Positions 37,119 to 46,417 of a stretch of 64,000 nucleotides of DNA are shown here, piece by piece (positions within the stretch are counted from its first letter, which is position 1; every line of letters begins with the position of its first letter). A program made the translations under genes and the position numbers. Below the pieces are notes generated by a model. That model did no database searches and was not told where the DNA came from. It saw only the letters and a program-made list of their open reading frames with translations. The stretch spans positions 92,310 to 156,309 of the forward strand of contig CAZDFQ010000002.1 in the NCBI GenBank assembly GCA_964505005.1. Direction: 5' to 3'. The stretch comes from an uncultured Candidatus Saccharibacteria bacterium. GTDB taxonomy: Bacteria; Patescibacteriota; Minisyncoccia; UBA6257; 2-01-FULL-56-20.

Positions 37119-37994
37119 ATGCCTAAAACTTTCTCAAAAAATTTTTTCGGCCTACTTGTTTTCTTAGCGCTCATTTTTTTAAACATTTTTATTCTTTCAA
37201 ACATTGCCGAATCAGCCACTAACATCAGCGCCTCAACTACTGCTCACTGGGCCTGGAATGATATTATCGGCTGGATAGATTTTTACAATACGAATACGAT
37301 AACCGTCAGCTCCTACAATTTGACTGGCTATGCCAGTTCTTCGGCCGGCGACATTTCTCTTGACTGCCATACGACGAGAAACGGGAACATTTGTTCTCAA
37401 AGCAATTATCAGGTGACGAACGACGGCAGCGGTAATCTTTCCGGTTTCGGCTGGAACGACCAGTACGGCTGGGTAAGTTTTGACTGCAATAATAACGGCG
37501 GCTGTGGCCAGTCCAATTATCGGGTTTATATTGATGGCAGCGGCAATTTCTGGAATTACGCCTGGAATGACACCATCGGCTGGATAAGCTTCAATTGCGC
37601 CGACCCCGGCGTTTGCGGAACATCCAATTACAAAGTAGTAACGAGCTGGGCGGCTACTTCGGCCATCGGTTATCTTGATTCCAGTACCTACGACACCGGC
37701 TCGGCAAGCGGCGCCCAGTTGAATTCTGTTTTGTGGCATGGCAATCTGCCATCTGGCACGGCCGTGCGCTTCCAGTTTGCGGTAAGTAATTCCTCGAGCG
37801 GGCCCTGGACTTTTGTCGGCACGGATGGCACGAGCAATACTTATTACAACACCGGCCCAGATGCCTCGCTGAAGCTCGATTATACTTTTTTCAACAATTT
37901 CCGTTATTTCCGCTACCGGGGGTATCTGGTCTCGGATTTGGCGCAGCGCTTGACCCCCCGCGTGGACGAAGTGCTTGTGAACTGGAGCCCTTAG
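37119..37994 (+). CDS. Secreted protein with three internal ~45-aa Cys-containing repeats (W-N-D-x-x-G-W-[IV]-[DS]-F-x-C...C-[GS]-x-S-N-Y); candidate pilus-associated adhesin
   Basis: Signal peptide MPKTFSKNFFGLLVFLALIFLNIFILSNIAES. Repeats AWNDIIGWIDF...C...ICSQSNYQV, GWNDQYGWVSFDCNNNGGCGQSNYRV and AWNDTIGWISFNCADPGVCGTSNYKV. Confidence 0.5.
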   Translation: MPKTFSKNFFGLLVFLALIFLNIFILSNIAESATNISASTTAHWAWNDIIGWIDFYNTNTITVSSYNLTGYASSSAGDISLDCHTTRNGNICSQSNYQVTNDGSGNLSGFGWNDQYGWVSFDCNNNGGCGQSNYRVYIDGSGNFWNYAWNDTIGWISFNCADPGVCGTSNYKVVTSWAATSAIGYLDSSTYDTGSASGAQLNSVLWHGNLPSGTAVRFQFAVSNSSSGPWTFVGTDGTSNTYYNTGPDASLKLDYTFFNNFRYFRYRGYLVSDLAQRLTPRVDEVLVNWSP

Positions 37995-38057
37995 TTTAGA
38001 ATCTAGAATTTAGAAAGTAGAATTTAGGAGCAATTTTGTTATTATTTAGGATAGGGT

Positions 38058-38495
38058 ATGAATATTCTACTTTCTACTTTCTATTTTCTACCTTCTCGTA
38101 AGGGGCAGACCGCTCTTTCCCTGGTTTTCCTGATAGGCATAGTTATAGTTTCTATAGGAGCGACAATCGCATTTTTATCCTCGAGTTTTTTGAGTTCGGG
38201 CTACGGATTTCAGGCGGCCAACCGGGCCTTAGCCATTGCGACCGCCGGAGTCGAGGACGGCTTGGTAAAATTAATTCGGAACAAAGATTTTTCAGCCGGA
38301 ACGCCTTATTCCGTTCCCGTTGACAATGATTCAGCGACCGTTACAGTCACTCAGAACTCTCCCGTTGCCGGCCAAGCAACCATTATTTCTTCCGGGACAG
38401 CCCTCTTCCGTCAGAGAAAAATTCAGGTTATTGTGGCGATAAACAGCACCACCAGCGAAGTCAGCGTTATTTCCTGGCAGCTTCTGACCCTATAA
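38058..38495 (+). CDS. Pseudopilin-like protein; its 5' end carries the same heptamer repeat as 36337
   Basis: MNILLSTFYFLPSRKG|QTALSLVFLIGIVIVSIGATIAF. Confidence 0.45.
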   Translation: MNILLSTFYFLPSRKGQTALSLVFLIGIVIVSIGATIAFLSSSFLSSGYGFQAANRALAIATAGVEDGLVKLIRNKDFSAGTPYSVPVDNDSATVTVTQNSPVAGQATIISSGTALFRQRKIQVIVAINSTTSEVSVISWQLLTL

Positions 38496-38586
38496 TAAAA
38501 ATGCAAAATGCAAGGTTCAAAAATCTCAGCCCGAGGCTGATCCGCCTTGGGCGGAGAGATTTGATTTTTGAATTCATATAGAATAT

Positions 38587-40185
38587 ATGGACATGAATGA
38601 TTTAGCCAACAATCTCGACTCCATAAAAAGTGAGCGGGCCGCGACAACTGGAAAAAGCGCGGCAGTTCTTCCGTTCCTGTTGGACAAATTTTTGTCGTTT
38701 TTGCGGGCGAAAGCCAGGGTTGCTGGTCTAGAAATTTCCGACACGGCCTTACGCTTTGTTTATTTTAAGGATGGTCTGCCGGAAGCAATTAGCTTGCGTC
38801 TGCCGCCAGGAATCATTGAAAACGGAGAAATAAAAAATCCAGGAGATTTTGTTGATGCCTTGAAGGAGCTGCGCCAGCGAATTCCAAGTGAATTCGTTGG
38901 CGGCCCATTATCGTCCAGAAAAAATCCCGTTAACGTCGTTGTGACTTTGAGCTCAGTTCGTATCTACATTCAAGTTTTTAGCCTGCCTTTAGTAAAAGAA
39001 GAAAATTTGGAAGAAGCGATTCAGCTTAACATTCGGATGATTTCTCCGGTGGACCTTTCTCAAGCTTATGCTGGCTGGCAACTTGTAAATCAGAATCAGA
39101 ATGAGCTTCGGATAGAAATTTTGACGGCTTTTGCCAGCAAGTCGTTCATCGACCAGTTAAGCGCCTTTTTGAAAGAGGGAGGATTTTCTCCATTAGCTAT
39201 AGAATCCGGCGCTCTATCTTTGACTCGCTTGGTTCGCGAGAAAGGCGCGGGCTTTGAGAGAAACAAATTCTATCTTATTTTGAATATCGATAACCAAGGT
39301 CTTCAATTTTTGATTATAAAGCGAGGCCAGCTTAATTTTGAATATTTTACCTCTTGGGAAGACATTCGAGGTGAAGCCAAGGAAATTTCTTGGCGCGATT
39401 TCGAAGCCGCTATTAAAAAAAATCTTCACCAAGTGCTCAATTTTTACAGCAGTCATTGGTCTGAGCCGCTTACCGACATCTTCTTTGTCACCCCAAGTTT
39501 TGTCGAAGAAATAGAAAAAATCATCAGAGAAAATTTTTCTTTGAATGTCAACCAATTAAAATTGAGATTTGGAGAACCAGTCCCGAAAGAGTGGTTTGGA
39601 GCAATCGGTGCCGCCCTTCGCGGTGAGCTATCCCGTTTTCAAGACCACGACATAAATCTTTTGGGGATACCAGTTCAGGAAGAATTCCGCCGGCAGGAAA
39701 TAATCTATTTCTTGCGATTCTGGGAACTTTTGATACCCGCGTCTCTCGGTTTGCTTCTGGTGGCCTTCAGTTTGGCTTACTATTTTACCGCTAATCTTAG
39801 TCGTTCTCTTGAATCGCAAGCGGCTTTTCTGACTGTTGGCGAGCAAGTTAAAGAAATCAATTCTCTTCAATCTCAGATTAATGATTTTAATCAATCCGTT
39901 TCCTTAATTGCTTCTTTACAGAATTCCTTGAAGCCAAAAATGACTATTTTAAATAAGATTGATTCTTTGGTGGTTGCCAAAGGATTGATTCTCGACCGCC
40001 TGTATCTTCAGCCCGGCGGCTTGCCGGCGGTCCTGAGCGGTGAAGCGCCGTCGCAGGACCAGATTCTTGACTTCAAAAATTCTTTAGCAGCGGATCAGGC
40101 ATTTCAAAATATCAACCTGCCGCTCGCTGATATTCAGCCAAGAGGGGACGGATTTTCGTTCACCATAAACTTCACTTTGAAATAG
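38587..40185 (+). CDS. pilM: Type IV pilus assembly protein PilM (actin-like) fused to a PilN/PilO-like TM plus coiled-coil C-terminal region
   Basis: N-terminal actin-like fold (ALRFVYFKDG...NVVVTLSSVRIYIQVFSLP...). A TM segment follows (LIPASLGLLLVAFSLAYYF), then a coiled coil (LESQAAFLTVGEQVKEINSLQSQINDFN) and a periplasmic domain. Confidence 0.7.
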   Translation: MDMNDLANNLDSIKSERAATTGKSAAVLPFLLDKFLSFLRAKARVAGLEISDTALRFVYFKDGLPEAISLRLPPGIIENGEIKNPGDFVDALKELRQRIPSEFVGGPLSSRKNPVNVVVTLSSVRIYIQVFSLPLVKEENLEEAIQLNIRMISPVDLSQAYAGWQLVNQNQNELRIEILTAFASKSFIDQLSAFLKEGGFSPLAIESGALSLTRLVREKGAGFERNKFYLILNIDNQGLQFLIIKRGQLNFEYFTSWEDIRGEAKEISWRDFEAAIKKNLHQVLNFYSSHWSEPLTDIFFVTPSFVEEIEKIIRENFSLNVNQLKLRFGEPVPKEWFGAIGAALRGELSRFQDHDINLLGIPVQEEFRRQEIIYFLRFWELLIPASLGLLLVAFSLAYYFTANLSRSLESQAAFLTVGEQVKEINSLQSQINDFNQSVSLIASLQNSLKPKMTILNKIDSLVVAKGLILDRLYLQPGGLPAVLSGEAPSQDQILDFKNSLAADQAFQNINLPLADIQPRGDGFSFTINFTLK

Positions 40186-40277
40186 CAATTCGAATCTACG
40201 AATGCATCAGAATGCCCTGAATAAATCCAGAAAAAATATTAAATTTATCTGGCTGAATTCGGAATATTCGGATGAAA

Positions 40278-40970
40278 TTAGGATTGTTTGGGTTGCTTAT
40301 AAAATTTCTTCCCAATCTCTTCAAACGCCTGAGCAAGAGTCTTTTTATCCCGACTGTTGATTTTTTTAAGCACAAATTCGCCCGCTTTCATTCTGAAAGC
40401 CGCTGATTCACGCAGATTTTTACGCTGATTTATGCTGATATTATCCGCGTTTATCTGCGTTTCTAATCCGCGTTTATCGGCGTTCCGGCGGATACCTATC
40501 CGCAGTCGCCAGAAATTTTTCGTTTTAAGTTTCCGAATGACCGATTCTACTCCTTGATGTCCTGCCGAGCTCCGGCCGAAGGAAATCTTATATTTGCCTA
40601 ATTCGATATCTGAGTCGTCATGAACTATTAAAACTTCTTGCGGCTGGAGGTGATATTTTTTTAAAGTTTTGTCAACAAAATTTCCCGATTCATTCATATG
40701 GGTTCCGGCTTTTAGCAGTTTAAATTTATGAAATTTCGTTTCCTCAATTAGTTCGCCCCGCCCGCCTGAGTTGCTCAGGCAAGTCGGGCGGGTCGTCGAA
40801 AACAAACTGGTGTTTGCTTTCTTCTCGCTGCCGATTGGAAAATTTAAGAGAGGATTTTTACTTAGATAATCGACAGCCAAAAACCCAACATTATGGTAGG
40901 TGCCTTCGTACCTTTTTCCAGGATTGCCCAGGCCAATGATGATTTTAATTTTAGAAAGCTCCTTAAACAT
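40278..40970 (-). CDS. pth: Peptidyl-tRNA hydrolase, carrying an in-frame repeat-element insertion
   Basis: IIIGLGNPGKRYEGTYHNVGFLAVDYL...KFKLLKAGTHMNESGNFV...LIVHDDSDIELGKYKISFGRSSAGHQGVESVI. 230 aa versus about 190 aa for the canonical protein. Confidence 0.8.
   Translation of the reverse strand: MFKELSKIKIIIGLGNPGKRYEGTYHNVGFLAVDYLSKNPLLNFPIGSEKKANTSLFSTTRPTCLSNSGGRGELIEETKFHKFKLLKAGTHMNESGNFVDKTLKKYHLQPQEVLIVHDDSDIELGKYKISFGRSSAGHQGVESVIRKLKTKNFWRLRIGIRRNADKRGLETQINADNISINQRKNLRESAAFRMKAGEFVLKKINSRDKKTLAQAFEEIGKKFYKQPKQS
40745..40840. repeat. Copy of the cccgcccgcctgagttgctcaggcaagtcgggcggg-core element, inserted in-frame in pth
   Basis: About 85% identical over ~95 bp to the intergenic copy at 50613-50730, including the ...tttgctttcttctcgctgccgattgg right arm. 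Confidence 0.7.
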
Positions 40971-41189
40971 GATGTCAATCTGCGGATGAAATGCGAATTA
41001 GGCGAATCAGGAGGCTAAGTGAACATAATTTACATTCGCAGTATTCGCACAAAGATTCGCATCATTCGCATTATGTCAAGCGGCTCGACCGATGCGAATG
41101 ACCCGAATTATACACGAATGACACGAATAGATTAAAAATGTGATACAGCCCTTGAATTCTCTATTTCTATACTATACAATACCCCATTA

Positions 41190-41738
41190 ATGAAGCAATT
41201 CTTAGCGTCGTTTCTTGAAGTTGTTGAGATAGTCATTGTTGCCTTTGGGGCAGTTTTTTTAATCCGGAGTTTTCTTGTTCAGCCGTTTTTAGTGAGCGGT
41301 TCGAGTATGGTCCCCAACTTTTCAAATGGCGACTATCTTTTGGTGGATGAAGTTACCTATCGTTTTCGGCCGCCCGAACGGGGCGAGGTGGTTGTTTTTC
41401 GCTACCCCAAAGATGACTCGGTTTATTTCATTAAAAGAATAATCGGACTTCCCGGCGAGCGAGTCCAAATTAAAGACGGTCAATTGATTGTCTTCAATAA
41501 GGAGTATCCTTCAGGACTAAGATTAAATGAAAAATATCTTCCGCTCGGCCTGACAACAGCAGGAAATCTAATCTTTCAGGTTCCGGAAAATGATTATTTT
41601 GTTTTGGGGGATAATCGGTCTTACAGTCTTGATTCGAGAACTTGGGGGATGTTGCCAGTCAATGATATTGTCGGCTTGGTCCAGTTGCGACTGTGGCCCC
41701 CGACTTCTTTCAAGGTTTTTGCGGCGCCGCCATATTAA
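41190..41738 (+). CDS. lepB: Signal peptidase I (S26)
   Basis: VSGSSMVPNF (catalytic Ser box), FIKRIIGLPGERV (Lys box) and GDNRSYSLDSRTWG. Confidence 0.85.
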   Translation: MKQFLASFLEVVEIVIVAFGAVFLIRSFLVQPFLVSGSSMVPNFSNGDYLLVDEVTYRFRPPERGEVVVFRYPKDDSVYFIKRIIGLPGERVQIKDGQLIVFNKEYPSGLRLNEKYLPLGLTTAGNLIFQVPENDYFVLGDNRSYSLDSRTWGMLPVNDIVGLVQLRLWPPTSFKVFAAPPY

Positions 41739-41781
41739 TAATAAGTCCTATTAGTCCTATAAGTCCTATTGGTCCTATATT

Positions 41782-43110
41782 ATGAGAATAAAGAAAACAA
41801 GCGAGAAAAAAAATAAAAAAAATGTAGAAGTTATTTTGCGGGCGCCGCGAGGTATGCACGATGTACTGCCGGCTGAAATGGGTTGGTGGGATAAAATTTG
41901 GAAAGCCGTCGATAAACTGGCTGATTTTTATAATTTTCAACAAATTGAGACCCCGATTTTAGAATATGCCGCCCTGTTCCAAAGGGGCGTCGGCGAGGAA
42001 ACCGACCTGGTTGCTAAAGAAATGTATTATGTAAAAACAAAAGGCGAAGATGCTTTAGTGCTTCGACCGGAGGGCACGGCGCCAATGGCCCGAGCTTATC
42101 TTGAACACCACCTCGGCCGAACCTCTTCTCTTCAGAAATTGTTCTATAAAGGGCCGATGTTCCGTCACGAACGTCCCCAAGCCGGCCGTTTCCGCCAGAG
42201 CACCCAGGCCGGTTTTGAGATAATCGGCGGCCCCAATGATTCAATCTACGATGCCCAGATTATTTTGGTATTCGAACGACTATTAGAAGAACTCAAAATT
42301 AAAAATCCGGTTCTTAAAATAAATTCCATCGGTTGCCGGGTCTGCCGGCCGCTGTACAAACGCCAGCTCCAGAGTTATTACAAGGACAAAGAAAAGAAGC
42401 TTTGTCTTGATTGTCAGCGCCGGCTTAAAACCAATCCGCTGCGACTTCTCGATTGCAAAAACGAATCCTGCCAGCCGTTTAAAAGCAGCGCGCCCAATCT
42501 TCTTGATAAACTCTGCACGGCTTGCAACTCTCATTTCAAAAGCGTTCTCGAATATCTTGAGGAATTGAATTTGCCGTATCTGGTGGATAACACTCTGGTT
42601 CGCGGCCTTGATTATTACAATCGGACGGTTTTCGAATTTTTCGTTGAGGGTTCGGGTTCGGAAGTCGGCGCTTTGGCCGGCGGCGGCCGGTATGATTACC
42701 TTGTCGAGATGCTCGGCGGCCGGCTGACGCCGGCGGTCGGCGGCGCTGTGGGCATCGAGCGTCTAATTGCGGTTATGAAAGCCCGGGGGATTGAAGCGTC
42801 GAAACAACCAGCCAAAAAAGTTTTCATCATCCATGTCGGAGAGCTGGCTAAGAAAAAATCGTTGAATCTTTTGGAAGCTTTGCGGAACGCCGGAATTTCG
42901 GCCAGCGAAGCCCTGAGCCGCGATTCGCTCAAAACCCAGTTACGGCTGGCTGACCGCGAAGGCGTCAAGATCGCTTTGATTTTCGGCCAAAAGGAAATTT
43001 TTGAAAATAGCATTATCATTCGAGATTTTGAAACCCACTTGCAGGAAACGGTGCCAATGGATAAAATCGTCGAGGAAGTAAAAGTCCGGCTGAAGAATAA
43101 AAAAGATTAG
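41782..43110 (+). CDS. hisS: Histidyl-tRNA synthetase
   Basis: LRAPRGMHDVLP, class II motifs (...LRPEGTAPMARAY..., FRHERPQAGRFRQSTQAGFEIIG, GGGRYD) and a C-terminal anticodon-binding domain. Confidence 0.9.
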   Translation: MRIKKTSEKKNKKNVEVILRAPRGMHDVLPAEMGWWDKIWKAVDKLADFYNFQQIETPILEYAALFQRGVGEETDLVAKEMYYVKTKGEDALVLRPEGTAPMARAYLEHHLGRTSSLQKLFYKGPMFRHERPQAGRFRQSTQAGFEIIGGPNDSIYDAQIILVFERLLEELKIKNPVLKINSIGCRVCRPLYKRQLQSYYKDKEKKLCLDCQRRLKTNPLRLLDCKNESCQPFKSSAPNLLDKLCTACNSHFKSVLEYLEELNLPYLVDNTLVRGLDYYNRTVFEFFVEGSGSEVGALAGGGRYDYLVEMLGGRLTPAVGGAVGIERLIAVMKARGIEASKQPAKKVFIIHVGELAKKKSLNLLEALRNAGISASEALSRDSLKTQLRLADREGVKIALIFGQKEIFENSIIIRDFETHLQETVPMDKIVEEVKVRLKNKKD

Positions 43111-43289
43111 AAATAGCCCCCTAAATCAATTTATATTCGCAGCATTCGCATCTATTCGCCCGCCCGCCTGAGTTGCTCAGGCAAGTCGGGCAGGTAGATT
43201 CGCATTATATTCAAGCCGCTTGACATAATGCGAATGATGCGAATCATATGCGAATGTCGCGAAAAACCGGATTATGATAGATTAAAATT

Positions 43290-43709
43290 ATGGACTGCCT
43301 TTTTTGTAAAATCGGGGGAAAGGAAATTCCTTCGGAAATGATTTATGAAGATGAGGCCACTTTCGCGGTACTCGACATCCACCCGCGGGCGCCAGGACAT
43401 ACGATGGTGATGCCGAAAGTTCACCGCGAGACAATCCTTGATTTGAAAGAAAATGAATTCCAGCCGCTTTTTTCAGCCGTCAAGAATACCGCTGAGCTTC
43501 TCAAAAAGGCATTGGCGCCAGCTGGTTTCACCATCGGCATAAATCAGGGTAAAGCCAGCGGCCAAACCATCGACCATCTTCACATTCACATTATTCCCCG
43601 TTTTAATAATGACGGCGGTGGTTCAATCCATTCAGTAGTGGATAATCCGCCGGATAAAGATATTGCTGAAATCGCCAAAATGATAATGATAAAGAAAGGT
43701 CAAAATTAA
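43290..43709 (+). CDS. HIT-family (histidine triad) hydrolase
   Basis: HLHIHIIPR, the HxHxHxx triad. Confidence 0.85.
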   Translation: MDCLFCKIGGKEIPSEMIYEDEATFAVLDIHPRAPGHTMVMPKVHRETILDLKENEFQPLFSAVKNTAELLKKALAPAGFTIGINQGKASGQTIDHLHIHIIPRFNNDGGGSIHSVVDNPPDKDIAEIAKMIMIKKGQN

Positions 43710-43747
43710 GGGGAGGATTTGTTTAGGATTTAGGATTTTATTTTAAT

Positions 43748-43966
43748 ATGCCAACCATTGAAACAAAAAAACGCCAAGGAGAATCAACCAGTTCGTTTCT
43801 TCACCGGTTCTCTAAAAGAGTTAAACAAAGCGGCCTAATTAAGGAGTTCAGAAAGCGAAAATTCCGGGAGCGACCAATAAGTCGACAGAAAAGAAAACTC
43901 TCGGCACTTCATCGTGAAAATAAAAAAGCGGAACTGAAAAGGCTCAAAAAATTAGGCCTCCTCTAA
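43748..43966 (+). CDS. rpsU: 30S ribosomal protein S21
   Basis: MPTIETKKRQGESTSSFLHRFSKRVKQSGLIKEFRKRKFRERPISRQKRK. Confidence 0.8.
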   Translation: MPTIETKKRQGESTSSFLHRFSKRVKQSGLIKEFRKRKFRERPISRQKRKLSALHRENKKAELKRLKKLGLL

Positions 43967-44132
43967 GCATCCGAATAGCGCGCCTCCGCCCCTGGCTTCA
44001 GCAATCCGAATGTGCCCACCCGGATGAAATAAGCATAATGCGAAAATTGCGAATAATATTATATACAAATATTGCGAAATTTTCCGCATCATTCGCATAA
44101 TTAATTCGTAGATCTGCATTATGTTCAATTAA

Positions 44133-44585
44133 ATGGAAAACCTCAAAGACAAAATAGAAAACGACCTGAAGAACGCCCTGAAGAGCGGCCGGACAGATAA
44201 TGCTAATATTTTGCGTTTTTTACTGGCCCAGCTTCATAATCGCGAAATTGAAAAAAGAAGCACTGGTCAGGCGCCGACTCTGGCCGACGAAGAAGTTACC
44301 GAAGTTCTTCAAAAAGAAGTGAAAAAAAGAAAGGAAGCCATCGAGCTTTTTCAGAAAGGCGGCCGCTTAGAACTTGCCGGCAAAGAAGAAAAAGAACTCG
44401 CCTTGATAAACGAATATCTGCCGGCTCAGCTGAGCCGCGAAGAGCTGGAAAAAATTATTGATGAGCTGAAAAACAGCGGCTTGACCGACTTTAATTCTTT
44501 GATGAAGGAAGCAATGAAAAAAGTTAAGGGCCGGGCCAACGGCAAACTGGTGAGCGAAGTCGTGAAAGAAAAACTGAGGGGTTGA
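44133..44585 (+). CDS. GatB/YqeY domain protein
   Basis: LKNALKSGRTDNANILRFLLAQL...EIEL...; conserved rpsU-yqeY linkage. Confidence 0.8.
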   Translation: MENLKDKIENDLKNALKSGRTDNANILRFLLAQLHNREIEKRSTGQAPTLADEEVTEVLQKEVKKRKEAIELFQKGGRLELAGKEEKELALINEYLPAQLSREELEKIIDELKNSGLTDFNSLMKEAMKKVKGRANGKLVSEVVKEKLRG

Positions 44586-44586
44586 G

Positions 44587-45003
44587 ATGACAAAGAAATT
44601 CGGGGTCCGCGCAAAAAATATCCATTTGGAGCGCAAATTAAAGATAATTTCCAAGAATCTATTGAAAACTATCGGCAAAAATGGCTCCAAACAAGTGGAT
44701 ATTTTTTTATTAAGCCACCGGGAAATGACGATTTTAAAGAAGAAATTCCTGCCCAAAGAGAGGGGATCGGCCAATGTTTTGTCTTTTGCCGAGCCGAAAA
44801 ACTGGCCGGTTTTGAACAAAAAGACGAGGAAGCTCGGCGAGGTTTATCTCAACCGGGATTTGGCAAAAGGGGATGCCAAAGAACTGAGCCGGCTCCTTAT
44901 CCACGGAGTTCTCCATCTTTTGGGCTATGACCACCAGAAAAAAAATGATAGGATAAAAATGGAACGAATGGAAAAGAAAGTAATTGAGCAATTGGATAAT
45001 TAA
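44587..45003 (+). CDS. ybeY: Endoribonuclease YbeY (rRNA maturation factor)
   Basis: LLIHGVLHLLGYDH (H3xH5xH zinc motif). Confidence 0.8.
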   Translation: MTKKFGVRAKNIHLERKLKIISKNLLKTIGKNGSKQVDIFLLSHREMTILKKKFLPKERGSANVLSFAEPKNWPVLNKKTRKLGEVYLNRDLAKGDAKELSRLLIHGVLHLLGYDHQKKNDRIKMERMEKKVIEQLDN

Positions 45004-45057
45004 GTAATTTTTCGGTTAACCCAATAACTCACTTACTCAATAACTTATTATCATATT

Positions 45058-46275
45058 ATGAATTATATCGTCGGCCTTGACATCGGCACCTCCATGCTCA
45101 AAGCGGCCGTGGCCGAAATTAAAAACAACCGGCCGGTCCTCCGGGCCGTTTTTAAAGAACCGGCCGTCGGCTTAAGGCACGGCGCGGTCATTGAAATCGG
45201 TGAAGTTTCGCCGGCCGTGGGCCGGCTTTTCAGCGAGGTGAAAAAAAATTACAAGCCGGCCCTGAAAAATGTCTATATCAACATCGGCACCCCGCAGATA
45301 AAAGTTCAGGCCTCCCGCGGGATTGTGCCGGTCTCCCGGGCCGACAGCGAGATTTACCGCGACGACATCGAAAAAGCCGTCAAAGCCAGCCAGGCGATAA
45401 ACCTCCCCCAGAACCGGCTGATTATCCACAATGTCACCCGGGAATTCATCGTTGACGGCGTGGGAGACATCATCGACCCCCTGGGATTGAGCGGCAGCCG
45501 TTTGGAGGTCAATTGTTTCGTCATCGATGCTTTCAGTCCTCATGTGAAAAATTTGATGAGGGCCGTGGAAATCGCCGGCGCCAGAATTTCCGGACTGGTT
45601 TTCAATTCTTTAATATCGAGCCGGGCGGCTTTAAGTAAATCTCAGAAAGATTTGGGGACGGTTCTAATTGACATCGGTTCCGGCGTGACGAGCTTCGCCG
45701 TTTTTGAAGAAAATAAATTGGTCGGCGCCGGCATCATTCCTTTGGGTGCCGGCAATATAACCAACGATTTGGCCGTCGGCCTGAAGATTCCGGTGGCTGC
45801 CGCGGAAAATCTGAAGCTCCACTACGGTTATGCTTTGGCGAAAGAAGTAAGTTCAAAAGAAACGATTGAGCTTAAAAAATTTTCTCCGAATGATAAGGGT
45901 ATGGCTTCGCGGCGTTTTATGGCCGAGATAATCGAGTCGCGGCTTGCCGAAATTCTGGAATTCGTCGATAATGAACTGAAATCGTTCGGGAAATCGGGCA
46001 AGCTGGCTGGCGGTGTGGTCCTGGTCGGCGGCGGCGCGAAAATGCCCGGCCTGACCGAACTCGCCAAACAAGAGCTGAAACTTTCCGCTCAAATCGGCCT
46101 GACCCTGCGCGAGGAATGGGGAAACGAAGGCAATGACTTCCTCGATGTTTTCGAGGACCCGGAATTCGTCAATGCCTTGGGCTTGGTTCTCTGGGCTTTT
46201 GACAACGAACGCCGCCAGTCGTCAGCAGTTTCCATTTCCAAATTCAAGGATTTCTGGAAATATTTTATGCCCTAA
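45058..46275 (+). CDS. ftsA: Cell division protein FtsA
   Basis: MNYIVGLDIGTSMLKAAVAE; actin-like with the SHS2 insert. Confidence 0.85.
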   Translation: MNYIVGLDIGTSMLKAAVAEIKNNRPVLRAVFKEPAVGLRHGAVIEIGEVSPAVGRLFSEVKKNYKPALKNVYINIGTPQIKVQASRGIVPVSRADSEIYRDDIEKAVKASQAINLPQNRLIIHNVTREFIVDGVGDIIDPLGLSGSRLEVNCFVIDAFSPHVKNLMRAVEIAGARISGLVFNSLISSRAALSKSQKDLGTVLIDIGSGVTSFAVFEENKLVGAGIIPLGAGNITNDLAVGLKIPVAAAENLKLHYGYALAKEVSSKETIELKKFSPNDKGMASRRFMAEIIESRLAEILEFVDNELKSFGKSGKLAGGVVLVGGGAKMPGLTELAKQELKLSAQIGLTLREEWGNEGNDFLDVFEDPEFVNALGLVLWAFDNERRQSSAVSISKFKDFWKYFMP

Positions 46276-46417
46276 ATGAAATCCTGAAATGGGGTATATA
46301 AATTCGTAGCATTCGCATCCATTCGCAGATTAGCATTATATTCAAGCCGCTTAACCATAATGCGAATGACCCGAATTATATATGCGAATGATGCGAAAAA
46401 TAATTAAGATTAAGATT

